Notes: generated by a model not told the origin, from the letters alone. Shown: positions 31,823 to 41,033, counted from the stretch's first letter. The stretch is DNA of 64,000 bases from an uncultured Bacteroidales bacterium (GCA_947573135.1 CANPDU010000007.1:24855-88854); one strand, 5' to 3'. Numbers and translations are program-made.

Positions 31823-32299
31823 TTAATAACTATATCCTGCGGCAAGTTTCGTAATATTGATTTTGCCTTTGATGTAGATGACCGTATATTCATCAGGCTC
31901 ATCAACTTCGACAAAGATGAGCTCGGCGATATCGCTGTTGGGAATGATTTTGGCATAGATGGTTGTCTTGTCACCTTCGTCGTTGACGTCAAGAAGAACT
32001 TCACATTTCATTGACTTTATTATGGGGCGGCAAATTCGTTTGACTTCAGGGATCTTGGCCACGTCTTCGTCGCATGTTATGATTTCAAATTCGCTGATCT
32101 GCTGAATGGCTTCGTCAATACCGTGGCCGAGCTGTCTGAGCTGTCGTGCACCGAATTTCAGCAGGGTTGGCGAGATATAGACAGATGTCACATTGTCAAT
32201 TTTGGCAGCGTCTTTGAATATTTTGGACTGGGCGATACTTCTTTGCGGCATGATTAGCGTGATGAGCACAGCGATCACGAGGAGACTAAATTTTTTCAT
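31823..32299 (-). CDS. DUF4252 family periplasmic protein
   Basis: Signal peptide; VTSVYISPTLLK, CEVLLDVNDEG, final YTVIYIKGKI pattern. Confidence 0.8.
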   Translation of the reverse strand: MKKFSLLVIAVLITLIMPQRSIAQSKIFKDAAKIDNVTSVYISPTLLKFGARQLRQLGHGIDEAIQQISEFEIITCDEDVAKIPEVKRICRPIIKSMKCEVLLDVNDEGDKTTIYAKIIPNSDIAELIFVEVDEPDEYTVIYIKGKINITKLAAGYSY

Positions 32300-32870
32300 T
32301 TTTCAGTATGTTTTTAACGGTTGAATTAGTTTTGTCTATCTTACTGCTTGTCTTCGACACTGTTTTATTGGCAAGATCCATGCGTTTGCCAATCAGAGTA
32401 AATGTTTCTCTGATCAGTATGTCGGCCTCTTCCGAATTGTCGATTTCGATATAATTATCATTAGCCGCTATAATAGACCGCTCGGCGAAGATGGTATCCG
32501 CCGGATGGCTATTTTCAGATTCTGTCAGCACGAAAACTGTCGCGGCGATGAATACAATGACTGCAGCGGCTACAGGACTCCACAGCAGCATCAGCCCGTT
32601 TCTGCGTTTTCTGCCGGTTGTGCGTACCGCTGCGGATAAATATGCATCGGTGATCTTGCGTGTGTCGGCTGACATATACATTTTTTCGTCGAAATCGCTG
32701 ATTGCTGACAGCATTGCGGCATCGGCTTGTAGATCAGAAGGCAGATCTGAACGGTCGACCACAGAAAAGAATTCGCGCAGCCGTCGTTCGTCGTTAGGGT
32801 TGCTTGTCCCGTCATAATATCTGTCAAGCAGTTTTCTTATTATTTGTATGTCAGTGTCTTGGGCTTTCAT
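32286..32870 (-). CDS. Putative single-pass anti-sigma factor
   Basis: LLDRYYDGTS...DERRLREFF N-terminus, one TM (WSPVAAAVIVFIAATVFVL), C-terminal helix. Confidence 0.7.
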   Translation of the reverse strand: MKAQDTDIQIIRKLLDRYYDGTSNPNDERRLREFFSVVDRSDLPSDLQADAAMLSAISDFDEKMYMSADTRKITDAYLSAAVRTTGRKRRNGLMLLWSPVAAAVIVFIAATVFVLTESENSHPADTIFAERSIIAANDNYIEIDNSEEADILIRETFTLIGKRMDLANKTVSKTSSKIDKTNSTVKNILKNEKI

Positions 32871-33345
32871 ATTCTTGAAATAATTCTCTTAGTTTTTTTC
32901 TTGCTCTTGAAAGGAGCTGCCTGACATTTTCGTCACTCAGGCCGGTCATCGTTGCTATCTCTTGGTTTGAATAGCCACCGAATGAACTTAGTTTGAGTAT
33001 ACACTGCTGATTTTCAGGCAGACTTATTATCATTCGGCTGATGATTGCGAGGCTTTCACGGCCTTCATGATCATCAGGCGGTTCTGCCGGTTCGGCTATC
33101 TCACTGAGATTGCTGTGATCTTTTGCATTCCGCAGACGGTCAATGCAGATATGTCTGATAACTGTGGCGGCATATGCTTCCGGAGAATCAGCTCTGTCGA
33201 AGTCGGCGCGGTGCTCCCATAGACGAGCCATGCCGTCCTGAACGGCATCTTCGGCATCCTCGCGGGAGCGTAGCGTAGCCATTGCTATGGCAAACATGCG
33301 CCTGCCGCAGGGGATAACTTTAGATTTTATGAATTGACCATCCAT
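32851..33345 (-). CDS. ECF RNA polymerase sigma-70 factor (cassette 2)
   Basis: DAEDAVQDGMARLW, LPENQQCILKL...EIATMTGLSDENVRQLLSRARKKLR. Confidence 0.92.
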   Translation of the reverse strand: MDGQFIKSKVIPCGRRMFAIAMATLRSREDAEDAVQDGMARLWEHRADFDRADSPEAYAATVIRHICIDRLRNAKDHSNLSEIAEPAEPPDDHEGRESLAIISRMIISLPENQQCILKLSSFGGYSNQEIATMTGLSDENVRQLLSRARKKLRELFQEYESPRH

Positions 33346-33378
33346 GGACTTGTTTTCAATTTAGCCGTTTATCAGTTA

Positions 33379-33405
33379 CAGACGGCAACGGCCGGCTCTT
33401 GTGAC
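33379..33405 (-). promoter_or_regulatory. Putative ECF promoter GTCACA-N15-CGTCTG upstream of sigma 2
   Basis: Same motif and spacing as before sigma 1; -35 lies in the loop of the 33386-33419 palindrome. Confidence 0.55.
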
Positions 33406-33419
33406 AAGGCCGGCCGTTG
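33386..33419. repeat. Near-perfect palindrome CAACGGCCGGC-T-CTTG-TGA-CAAG-GCCGGCCGTTG
   Basis: Directly visible; no U-tract on the - strand, so terminator function is uncertain. Confidence 0.75.
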
Positions 33420-33447
33420 TAATTGGATGTTTTAAGTTATTTTAACG

Positions 33448-34050
33448 TTAGAGGAGCCATGCTGCAGTGATAGTCCAGCAGTGAGTCTTGCCGTCAATCT
33501 TGGTTGCATCAATTGCGCTGACTTTATCGACTACATTGTTGAGGCCGATACCGTAATAAGCGGCTAGCTGAAGGTGGCTGAAGAATTCGAGACCTAAGCC
33601 GACGTTCCACGATGTGTCAACACTCTTGTATTTATATGCTTCTGTGAGCGCTTTCTTGGAAGTCATGAATGCGAAACTCGGGCCGGTAAAAACATATGGC
33701 TTTACAAGTTTTGCGATCACGGGGATATTCATTTTCCATTTTATATTGATTGGAATTTCGAAATAATCGCAATGTTTGGTAACGGGATCGTCATCGATGA
33801 TTGCCTCCATATTGCGACGCACATACATAAGCGACGCATCGAGACCTACACCGATCACAGGAACTGTGAATTCAGCCTGCAGACCTGCTGTAAAACCGGT
33901 GCGGTTGTCATCTTTAAATGTTTTCTCGTTGAAATGCAGTGAGTTGACGTTGATGCCTACGCGCGGACCGAATTTGAACTGGGCGTTCGCGCTACCTGCG
34001 ACTGCGATAACCGCTACGACAGCCAGAAGAAGGTGTTTGATCGTTTTCAT
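33448..34050 (-). CDS. Porin family / PorT-like outer-membrane beta-barrel
   Basis: Signal peptide ending ANAQ, FGPRVGIN, YFEIPINIK, PYVFTGPSF, C-terminal TITAAWLL. Confidence 0.85.
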   Translation of the reverse strand: MKTIKHLLLAVVAVIAVAGSANAQFKFGPRVGINVNSLHFNEKTFKDDNRTGFTAGLQAEFTVPVIGVGLDASLMYVRRNMEAIIDDDPVTKHCDYFEIPINIKWKMNIPVIAKLVKPYVFTGPSFAFMTSKKALTEAYKYKSVDTSWNVGLGLEFFSHLQLAAYYGIGLNNVVDKVSAIDATKIDGKTHCWTITAAWLL

Positions 34051-34169
34051 TTGTAAAAAATTATGTTTAAAATTTAATTCTGTGGCAAATATAGTGTTTT
34101 TTTATTAAACTGCGTCAACTTTTGTTTTCTCAGTTATATGTCATCTTTTTTTTGTATCTTCGCAACATT

Positions 34170-34490
34170 ATGACACAAGAACAACGAACTGCAATAGAAG
34201 AACGTGCTGTAGAGATGCTACGCACAGTTTTCGACCCCGAAATTCCGGTCGATATATATAGTCTCGGTCTTATATATAAAATAGACTTACACGATGACGG
34301 GGTGCTTGATATAGATATGACGTTGACGGCGCCAAACTGTCCGGCGGCTGACTTTCTGATTGAGGATGCGAGACTCAAGTTAGAATCTATAGAGGGCGTG
34401 ACAGCAGTCAACATCAATATTGTGTTTGAGCCTGAATGGACTAAAGACATGATGTCGGAAGAGGCTAAACTGGAGCTCGGATTCCTATAA
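34170..34490 (+). CDS. DUF59/SufT-like Fe-S cluster assembly protein
   Basis: Start moved to ATG 34170; VFDPEIPVDIYSLGLIY, MTLTAPNCPAAD, FEPEWTKDMMSEEAKLELG. Confidence 0.92.
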   Translation: MTQEQRTAIEERAVEMLRTVFDPEIPVDIYSLGLIYKIDLHDDGVLDIDMTLTAPNCPAADFLIEDARLKLESIEGVTAVNINIVFEPEWTKDMMSEEAKLELGFL

Positions 34491-34538
34491 TATATATAGG
34501 TAATAGTATATATAAGGTAACATGTATAGAGGCGGTCA

Positions 34539-35324
34539 ATGGACAGACGAACTAAAACATATTTTATCAGCGACCTGCATCTTGGCGCAGCCTATCTTGA
34601 CCGACCGGTCGAGCGAGAGCGTATGCTTGTCGAGTTTCTGCAAGGCATTGCAGACGACGCGGCTCGTATATATCTCGTAGGCGATATACTCGACTATTGG
34701 TTTGAATACCGTACGGTTGTGCCACGTGGGCATGTGAGATTTTTTGGTGCTCTTGCATCACTTGCTGACGCCGGAATCGAAATAACATGGCTAATCGGCA
34801 ATCATGATATATGGATGTTTGACTATCTGCGTGACGAACTCGGTGTAAAGATTATCGATGGTTCTGTAACCGTCGAAATCGACGGCAAAAGATTTTTTAT
34901 TTCTCATGGTGACGGGCTCGGAAAGCTAAAACCTGGTTTTCGGTTTATCAGATCGATGTTCCGCAACAAGATTTGTCAGAAGCTATACGCGGCCATACAT
35001 CCTCGGTGGACGGTAGGCTTCGCTTACAGCTGGAGCTCGAGCAACCGCGGCTATGATTCCACAAAGAAGCCCGTGTTTGAAGGAGAACTGAAAGCCACGG
35101 TAGAAGATTGGGCCCGCAGTTACCTGTCGAACCATCCGTCGACTGACTTTATTGTTTTAGGTCATCATCATGTGATGGTCGACGAGCAGATCGGCGATAG
35201 AGCCAGACTGGTTGTGTTAGGAGACTGGATCTATAATTACAGTTATGCAGTTTTCGACGGTAAAAATCTGTGTTTAGAGCAATATGCAAGAGCTGTTGCT
35301 GATTTTAACAATTATTTACCATAG
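34539..35324 (+). CDS. lpxH: UDP-2,3-diacylglucosamine diphosphatase
   Basis: SDLHLG, GDILDYW, GNHD, HGDG, GHHH, LGDW metallophosphoesterase motifs. Confidence 0.9.
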   Translation: MDRRTKTYFISDLHLGAAYLDRPVERERMLVEFLQGIADDAARIYLVGDILDYWFEYRTVVPRGHVRFFGALASLADAGIEITWLIGNHDIWMFDYLRDELGVKIIDGSVTVEIDGKRFFISHGDGLGKLKPGFRFIRSMFRNKICQKLYAAIHPRWTVGFAYSWSSSNRGYDSTKKPVFEGELKATVEDWARSYLSNHPSTDFIVLGHHHVMVDEQIGDRARLVVLGDWIYNYSYAVFDGKNLCLEQYARAVADFNNYLP

Positions 35325-35384
35325 CTAAATTGGATAGTTAAATTAAGATAATGATAGATTAATCTTCTGAGAAACAGATTTTTA

Positions 35385-35392
35385 TATCTTTG
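35385..35392 (+). promoter_or_regulatory. -7 element (TATCTTTG) for the intergenic ncRNA
   Basis: TAnnTTTG with no downstream + strand CDS. Confidence 0.7.
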
Positions 35393-35396
35393 CTTT

Positions 35397-35570
35397 GAAT
35401 TGTAAAATGTATTGGTGTCTAAAAACTATGTCGTAGAACATATAAAATTATTTGGCAAGTCGTCACAAAAGCCGCAACTTTGTCACGCAAACCTAAAACA
35501 ATCTTTTTTACCTTAGAAATTGTACCTATTGGAAACCTTAAAAAAGGACTCAGTGATGAGTCTTTTTTTT
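35397..35570 (+). ncRNA. ssrS: Probable 6S RNA (Bacteroidales-1-type motif)
   Basis: ~175 nt between promoter and terminator; no convincing ORF; hand-folded rod with TCTAA/TTAGA closing stem, A-rich central bubble, and TTTG/CAAA and AAGT/ACTT apical stems. Family assignment is from memory, not a search. Confidence 0.65.
35547..35570 (+). terminator. Intrinsic terminator of the ncRNA
   Basis: GACTCA-GTGA-TGAGTC followed by T8. Confidence 0.85.
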
Positions 35571-35591
35571 ATATACCTATATAATATATAA

Positions 35592-35620
35592 AAATTGCCC
35601 CGCCGAACGTGGGGCAATTT
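35592..35620 (-). terminator. Intrinsic terminator of the M18 aminopeptidase
   Basis: AAATTGCCCC-9nt-GGGGCAATTT. Confidence 0.75.
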
Positions 35621-35652
35621 CTTTGATAACTTAAAGTTGTCGGTTGGATCGG

Positions 35653-36957
35653 TCAGCAGTTGAAAAATTCTGTGAACGCGGCTATGATATATTCGTGATC
35701 GATCGCTGAGGCGGTTTCGCGGACAGAGTGCATAGCCCACAGTGCAGCTCCCATGTCGACACCGCGTAGCGGAATCTGAGTGGTCAGTATATTCCCGAGT
35801 GTCGATCCTCCGGCAACATCGCTGTGATTGACAAAATACTGACAGGGGACTCCTGCCTGCTGACATATTACACGGAACACAGCAGCCGAATCAGCGTCGG
35901 TCATATACTTGCAGTTGGCATTGATCTTTATCACGGGGCCGCCGCCGAGACGCGGATGATTGGTCGGATCCTGTTTCTCAGGATAATTGGGGTGTATGCC
36001 GTGGGCATTGTCAGCCGAAACCATAAACGAATTTGAAACCGCACGCATATAGTCTTCGTCGTTTCCGCCGAGACACGCACATATGCGCCGGAGTAAATAG
36101 TCGAGTTCCGGGGAGGCAGCTCCCTGTTTGGTGCCGGAGCCGGTCTCCTCATTGTCGAATATGGCCATGACTTTTGTCATCTGACATTCAGCCGACTCAA
36201 GCAGAGCCGTCATCGCGCTATAAGCCATGCTCAGATCGTCGAGACGACCGGAAGTTATAAATTCGTCATTGGAGCCCACAAGGCATGCCGGCGTTGTGTC
36301 GTAGAGCGAAAGATCAAAATCAAGAATATCTGATTTGTCGATGCCAAGCTGATCTGCAACCATGTCGAGCAGATAATCGTTGCACTCTGCCGTGTCATTG
36401 ATCAACGCGATAACGGGGAGCATGTCTTTCTGTTTTGACAGTGGATTACCATCGTTGACGGCGCGGTTGAAGTGTATGGCAAGATGGGGGATGGTCAGCA
36501 GCGGCCGTCCGAACTTCACAAGATGGCGCTCCGGATGCAAAGGATCGTTGCTTCGGACTATCACGCGACCTGCAATTGATAAGGGTCTGTCAAACCAAGT
36601 GTAAAGTATCGGACCTCCGTAGACTTCGGTATTCAGCTTCAGGACCTTGCCTGCAGCCGCAATTTCGCAGGCTGGTTTTATGCGGAACCCGGGAGAATCG
36701 CTGTGGGCCGAAATTATCCGGAACCCGTCGTAGGGCATGCCGTTGCCGGCTACAAACGCGAAAATAGCCGAATCGTTTTTGGTAACATAATATTTTCCCC
36801 CTGGCTCGATATGCCAGGCTTCTGATTGATCGAGGCGTTCGAAATCAGCGTTCTCAAGACGTCGACGAATTGTTTCGACTGCGAGAAAGTTGACCGGAGA
36901 TGCGTCCATAAATGACATCAGATCGTCAATGTGGAGAAGTGCTTCTGGTTTTTGCAT
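35653..36957 (-). CDS. M18 family (aspartyl) aminopeptidase
   Basis: SAHSDSP, EVYGGPI, GRLDDL, DNEETGS, SADNAHG, AMHSVRE. Confidence 0.95.
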   Translation of the reverse strand: MQKPEALLHIDDLMSFMDASPVNFLAVETIRRRLENADFERLDQSEAWHIEPGGKYYVTKNDSAIFAFVAGNGMPYDGFRIISAHSDSPGFRIKPACEIAAAGKVLKLNTEVYGGPILYTWFDRPLSIAGRVIVRSNDPLHPERHLVKFGRPLLTIPHLAIHFNRAVNDGNPLSKQKDMLPVIALINDTAECNDYLLDMVADQLGIDKSDILDFDLSLYDTTPACLVGSNDEFITSGRLDDLSMAYSAMTALLESAECQMTKVMAIFDNEETGSGTKQGAASPELDYLLRRICACLGGNDEDYMRAVSNSFMVSADNAHGIHPNYPEKQDPTNHPRLGGGPVIKINANCKYMTDADSAAVFRVICQQAGVPCQYFVNHSDVAGGSTLGNILTTQIPLRGVDMGAALWAMHSVRETASAIDHEYIIAAFTEFFNC

Positions 36958-36976
36958 GGTTAAAAAATGAGGTAAG

Positions 36977-37486
36977 TTAGTCTTGAGAATATTTTATATG
37001 ATTAAGGGCTCTCAGCACATTGCACAACGGACGGCTCCAGTAGTGGCGGAAGTCCTCGCTGACAATCGTAAGTGCTGAACCTATGACTTCTTCGGTCGAG
37101 TCCTTGACTGCTTCGAGAAAGTTGAACAATACCTGAAAAATGTCGCAAAGACCTTCAGAAATACTTGCTGCAATAGGAGAATCGGAATATTTCATATCTT
37201 CCTCAAAGACTTCAAGATAAGAATCATCTTCACCGAGAAGCATTTCAATGTTGCGTCTGGCGGCGTTGTAAGCTTCTTCGTCGAGCGCGTCGTCTATATA
37301 TGCCATATCGTCGTCATCCGGCCGAATGTCTGTCGCCGAAATATATAAGCGAGGCAGCAGCCTCAACATAGAATTGACAAATTCGTCACGGTCGGCCGCA
37401 GACGCAGTTTCGATTGCTTCGCAATACTCGTTGCTCAACGCTATGAATGCAAGTGAATTGGGCGATAGTTGCTTGGATTGGGTCAT
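36977..37486 (-). CDS. DUF5063 family protein
   Basis: LLPRLYI, DSYLEVFEEDMKYSD, ISEGLCDIFQ pattern recalled for this family; conserved position after nadD. Confidence 0.75.
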   Translation of the reverse strand: MTQSKQLSPNSLAFIALSNEYCEAIETASAADRDEFVNSMLRLLPRLYISATDIRPDDDDMAYIDDALDEEAYNAARRNIEMLLGEDDSYLEVFEEDMKYSDSPIAASISEGLCDIFQVLFNFLEAVKDSTEEVIGSALTIVSEDFRHYWSRPLCNVLRALNHIKYSQD

Positions 37487-38110
37487 TTATTTTGTTTTAT
37501 CAAATTCTTTTTTAGCTGAAGGCGGTGTGTATAAACGGTTATCGCGTATGTATTTATAAACGCCTTGAGGAAGGAAATAGCTCATATCTTTGCCCCTTAT
37601 GATCGCATCGCGGACAAACGTGCTCGATATGTTGACCGTAGGAGATTCGACGACTTCAAGACCGTCGACATAGACCGACTCGATGGGGTAGCCCAATCGC
37701 GGATAGACGATTACGCCGTACTCATCGAGTATTCGTTCATGATCGCGCCATTTGTCGAATATTCTCCAGTTGTCGCTGCCGATGACGAGTTTGAAACGTT
37801 TGTTGGGATGCCGTTTTTTCAGCAGATCGAGAGTGTCGATAGTGTACGACGGCTTAGGCATTGAAAGCTCTATGTCGCATGTTTCTATATCGACCGCTCC
37901 TTTCGTGGCAATTGTGATCATGGCGAGTCGTTTCATGTCGGGGATAAGCCCTGACGCATCTTTCAACGGATTGAGCGGAGAAAGCGTGAGCCACACTTTG
38001 TCGACGATTTTCCATTGGGTGAGATACTGGGCCATCATGACATGTCCCATATGGATGGGGTTGAACGATCCTCCCAGTATTCCGACGGTTTCTGTTTTGG
38101 GCTCAGCCAT
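37487..38110 (-). CDS. nadD: Nicotinate-nucleotide adenylyltransferase
   Basis: GGSFNPIHMGH, SYTIDTL, IGSDN, ISSTFVR. Confidence 0.95.
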   Translation of the reverse strand: MAEPKTETVGILGGSFNPIHMGHVMMAQYLTQWKIVDKVWLTLSPLNPLKDASGLIPDMKRLAMITIATKGAVDIETCDIELSMPKPSYTIDTLDLLKKRHPNKRFKLVIGSDNWRIFDKWRDHERILDEYGVIVYPRLGYPIESVYVDGLEVVESPTVNISSTFVRDAIIRGKDMSYFLPQGVYKYIRDNRLYTPPSAKKEFDKTK

Positions 38111-38127
38111 GGCAACTGTATATTATT

Positions 38128-38721
38128 TTATTTATTGATAAAATCTTCGATCGTTCTGCGTGTGAGGCTTATGGCTTTTTCGAGGTCGTCATTTATGATG
38201 CGTTCGTCAAAGCTGTCAGCAAACGAAATTTCGAGTTCGGCTTTGTTTACGCGTTCGTCTATAATTTCAGGGGCGTCTGTCCCTCTGCTTTCCAGACGGT
38301 GGCGCAGTTCGCTGATGCTCGGAGGCAGAAAGAAAATGGTTTTGACGCGATCCCCGTACAGACGTTTGACATTTAGACCGCCCTTTACGTCTATATCAAG
38401 AATCACATTACCTCCTTTGTCGATTATTCTGTCGATCTCGCTTTTGAGAGTCCCGTAAAAACGACCGGGATATACTTCTTCCCATTCAACGAATTTATTT
38501 TCGGCTATGGCGTCGCGAAACTCTTCTGTAGTGAGAAAATGATAGTGGACTCCATCGACTTCCCCGGGACGGGGACGGCGGTTTGTCGCAGATACAGAGA
38601 AGCGCAGTTCGGGTTGGCCGCTGTCTAGAATTGAGTTTATGATAGTCGATTTCCCGCAGCCCGATGGAGCTGATACAACTATTATTTTACCGCTTTTGCG
38701 GGGCTTTTTTTCGATTGACAT
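38128..38721 (-). CDS. gmk: Guanylate kinase
   Basis: SAPSGCGKST, SVSATNRRPRPGEVDGVHYHF, FYGT, LDIDVKG. Confidence 0.97.
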   Translation of the reverse strand: MSIEKKPRKSGKIIVVSAPSGCGKSTIINSILDSGQPELRFSVSATNRRPRPGEVDGVHYHFLTTEEFRDAIAENKFVEWEEVYPGRFYGTLKSEIDRIIDKGGNVILDIDVKGGLNVKRLYGDRVKTIFFLPPSISELRHRLESRGTDAPEIIDERVNKAELEISFADSFDERIINDDLEKAISLTRRTIEDFINK

Positions 38722-38740
38722 ATCAGTAAAAGAAAAATTA

Positions 38741-39619
38741 TTACATTACGTTGAGCACCTGCTCTTTTATCTGTTCGAGTTCGTCTTTCATTTTTACGAC
38801 AAGTCGTTGCATTTCTGCATGATTGCTTTTCGACCCGAGGGTATTGATTTCACGTCCCATTTCCTGAGATATGAAGCCCAGTTTTTTGCCTTGTCCGGGG
38901 TGGGGTGCCTCAAGGGTTTCCATAAAGTAGGCGAGATGCTGGCTGAGACGTTGTTTTTCCTCATTGACATCGAGCTTCTCGATATAGAAGATCATTTCCT
39001 GCTCGAGACGTCCTTTATCAATGTCTACACCCGGTATTTTCTTGAGCCCTTCTTCTATGCGCGCTCTGATTTTATCGACACGCTGCACTTCGTATGTATC
39101 GATCTGTTTGAGGAGATCTGATATCCGGGCTATTCTTTCTGCGAAGAAGCTCTCGAGTTTGATACCCTCGGCACGACGATAGTTCATCAGCGCTGTGACA
39201 GCCTGAGATGTCGCCGAGAAAAGTGCTTCGACCTCAATGTCATCTATCTCGGTCTGCATGTCACTGTGCAGAGTGTCGGGAAAACGCAGTAAAACATTGT
39301 ACCAGTCGTCGGGAGTAGCTATGCCTAATGCGGCTGAAGCTTCCTCGATCTGCTTTTTATAAGCTTCGAGTGCGCTGATGTTGAGTGTTGTCCCGGTCTC
39401 AGAACCAAGATTCTCGACTGTTACAGAAAGATCGATTTTACCGCGTTCGAGAGGCCGGCCGACGATGTTGCGTAAATCAAGCTCCTTGTCTCTGTAAATC
39501 GACGGAACGCGTGCGTTCAGGTCGAGCTGCTTGGAGTTTAGCGATTTTATCTCGACAGTAATCTTTTTATTTTTTGTTTCGGCCACTGCCTTGCCGAAAC
39601 CGGTCATTGAAAGGAGCAT
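38741..39619 (-). CDS. yicC: YicC/YloC family endoribonuclease
   Basis: SMTGFG, EIKSLNS, EKLDVNEE, GKKLGFISQEMGREINTLGSK. Confidence 0.93.
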   Translation of the reverse strand: MLLSMTGFGKAVAETKNKKITVEIKSLNSKQLDLNARVPSIYRDKELDLRNIVGRPLERGKIDLSVTVENLGSETGTTLNISALEAYKKQIEEASAALGIATPDDWYNVLLRFPDTLHSDMQTEIDDIEVEALFSATSQAVTALMNYRRAEGIKLESFFAERIARISDLLKQIDTYEVQRVDKIRARIEEGLKKIPGVDIDKGRLEQEMIFYIEKLDVNEEKQRLSQHLAYFMETLEAPHPGQGKKLGFISQEMGREINTLGSKSNHAEMQRLVVKMKDELEQIKEQVLNVM

Positions 39620-39655
39620 ATTTATTCAAACTATTATCTTATAATTCTGATTACG

Positions 39656-39717
39656 CAAAGTTAAAAAAAGTCGACGGTTTTTCATATAAGATTCTATGGA
39701 TTTTTATTGTAACTTTG
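39656..39717. promoter_or_regulatory. Divergent -7 elements for yicC (39656-39663, -) and tsaB (39710-39717, +)
   Basis: CAAAGTTA and TAACTTTG. Confidence 0.55.
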
Positions 39718-39739
39718 TGCTGTAAACAATCACTTCGAT

Positions 39740-40435
39740 ATGGCAGTCATTCTAAATATTGAAACTTCGACCACGGTATGCTCGGCCGCTCTGACAGCCG
39801 AAGGCATGATCCTGACACATTATGAAGACTTCGAAGGCCGTAACCATGCGGCTCTGCTTAGTGGCTACGTCAAGGCCTGTCTTGATTTTCTCAACGAAAA
39901 AGAACTGCAGCTCGATGCTGTAGCTGTGAGCATCGGCCCCGGTAGTTATACCGGTCTGCGGATCGGTCTAAGCGAGGCGAAGGGCCTGGCTTATGCACTT
40001 GATGTGCCCCTGATTGCCGTGCCTACTCTTAAACTTATGGCCACGAGAGTGATGTTCTCTACGCTCGATATTGATCCGGAAACGATTTTTGTTCCGATGA
40101 TTGATGCTCGCCGCATGGAAGTCTACACTGCTGCATATGATTTCGCACTCAATGATCTTATGGTGCCGCAACCGTTGATACTCGACGAATCGAGCTATGC
40201 CGATCTGATTGCTACCGGCCGCCCGATGCTTCTCTTCGGCAACGGAAGTGCTAAAGCCACCGATGTTGTCAAGGCCGATAATGTCAGGATAGTCGAAGGT
40301 GTCGATCCGCTCGCTGTCGATATGATTGCTTTGGCTGAGAGATCATATGCGATGCGTGATTTTATTGATCTTGCTTATAGTGTGCCGGTATATCTGAAAG
40401 ATTTTGTGGCGACTAAGTCAAAAAAACTCTTTTAA
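39740..40435 (+). CDS. tsaB: tRNA threonylcarbamoyladenosine biosynthesis protein TsaB
   Basis: IETST, GPGSYTGLRIG, IDARRMEVY. Confidence 0.95.
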   Translation: MAVILNIETSTTVCSAALTAEGMILTHYEDFEGRNHAALLSGYVKACLDFLNEKELQLDAVAVSIGPGSYTGLRIGLSEAKGLAYALDVPLIAVPTLKLMATRVMFSTLDIDPETIFVPMIDARRMEVYTAAYDFALNDLMVPQPLILDESSYADLIATGRPMLLFGNGSAKATDVVKADNVRIVEGVDPLAVDMIALAERSYAMRDFIDLAYSVPVYLKDFVATKSKKLF

Positions 40436-40493
40436 AATAAAAACATTTGTGCTTCCCTGGGGTTACTATATATAATAACTAATATAATTCGTC

Positions 40494-41033
40494 ATGCTTT
40501 CAAGAAATTCAAACCTTTTTCAGGCTATTATAGTCGGTATAGTCGGCATACTGCTGATATTTCTACACGCTCGGATCGATTTGCTTAACTGGGTGTCAAT
40601 CGCTGTAGGACTGATGTTTGTACTCCCGTCCTTGTATGTGCTCTGTAGCAGTATAGGCAGCAAGGAAAAACTTCCCGGTGGTATTGCATTTGTGTCGGTC
40701 GGTGGTATTATTCTCGGCCTGATGATGTGTATTTTCCCATCTGCTTTCGCCGGGTTCTTCGTATATGTTTTTGCAGCTTTGCTCGTAATTTTCGGCATAT
40801 ACCATATTGTCGATCTGGCTTCATGGAACAAATCGGTTAAGTTCCCTTTCTACTTCTATATCATTCCGATTCTGATGGTTGCAACAGGTATTATAATTCT
40901 GTGTACCAGTCTGCGCGACATCAATACTGTCGTGGTGCTTGTGACCGGTATCGCTTTGGTTGCCTCTTCCTTCAATTCGATTATGGAATATATCGGAACA
41001 CGTAATGCTGTGGTCAAGTCTGACGAAGTTTGA
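40494..41033 (+). CDS. HdeD/DUF308 family membrane protein
   Basis: About six short TM helices in a tandem-repeat arrangement. Confidence 0.7.
   Translation: MLSRNSNLFQAIIVGIVGILLIFLHARIDLLNWVSIAVGLMFVLPSLYVLCSSIGSKEKLPGGIAFVSVGGIILGLMMCIFPSAFAGFFVYVFAALLVIFGIYHIVDLASWNKSVKFPFYFYIIPILMVATGIIILCTSLRDINTVVVLVTGIALVASSFNSIMEYIGTRNAVVKSDEV

Noticed and set aside
35416-35516. 33-codon GTG-started ORF inside the intergenic RNA
   Set aside because: Weak start and no protein-like features; the structured-RNA interpretation fits better.
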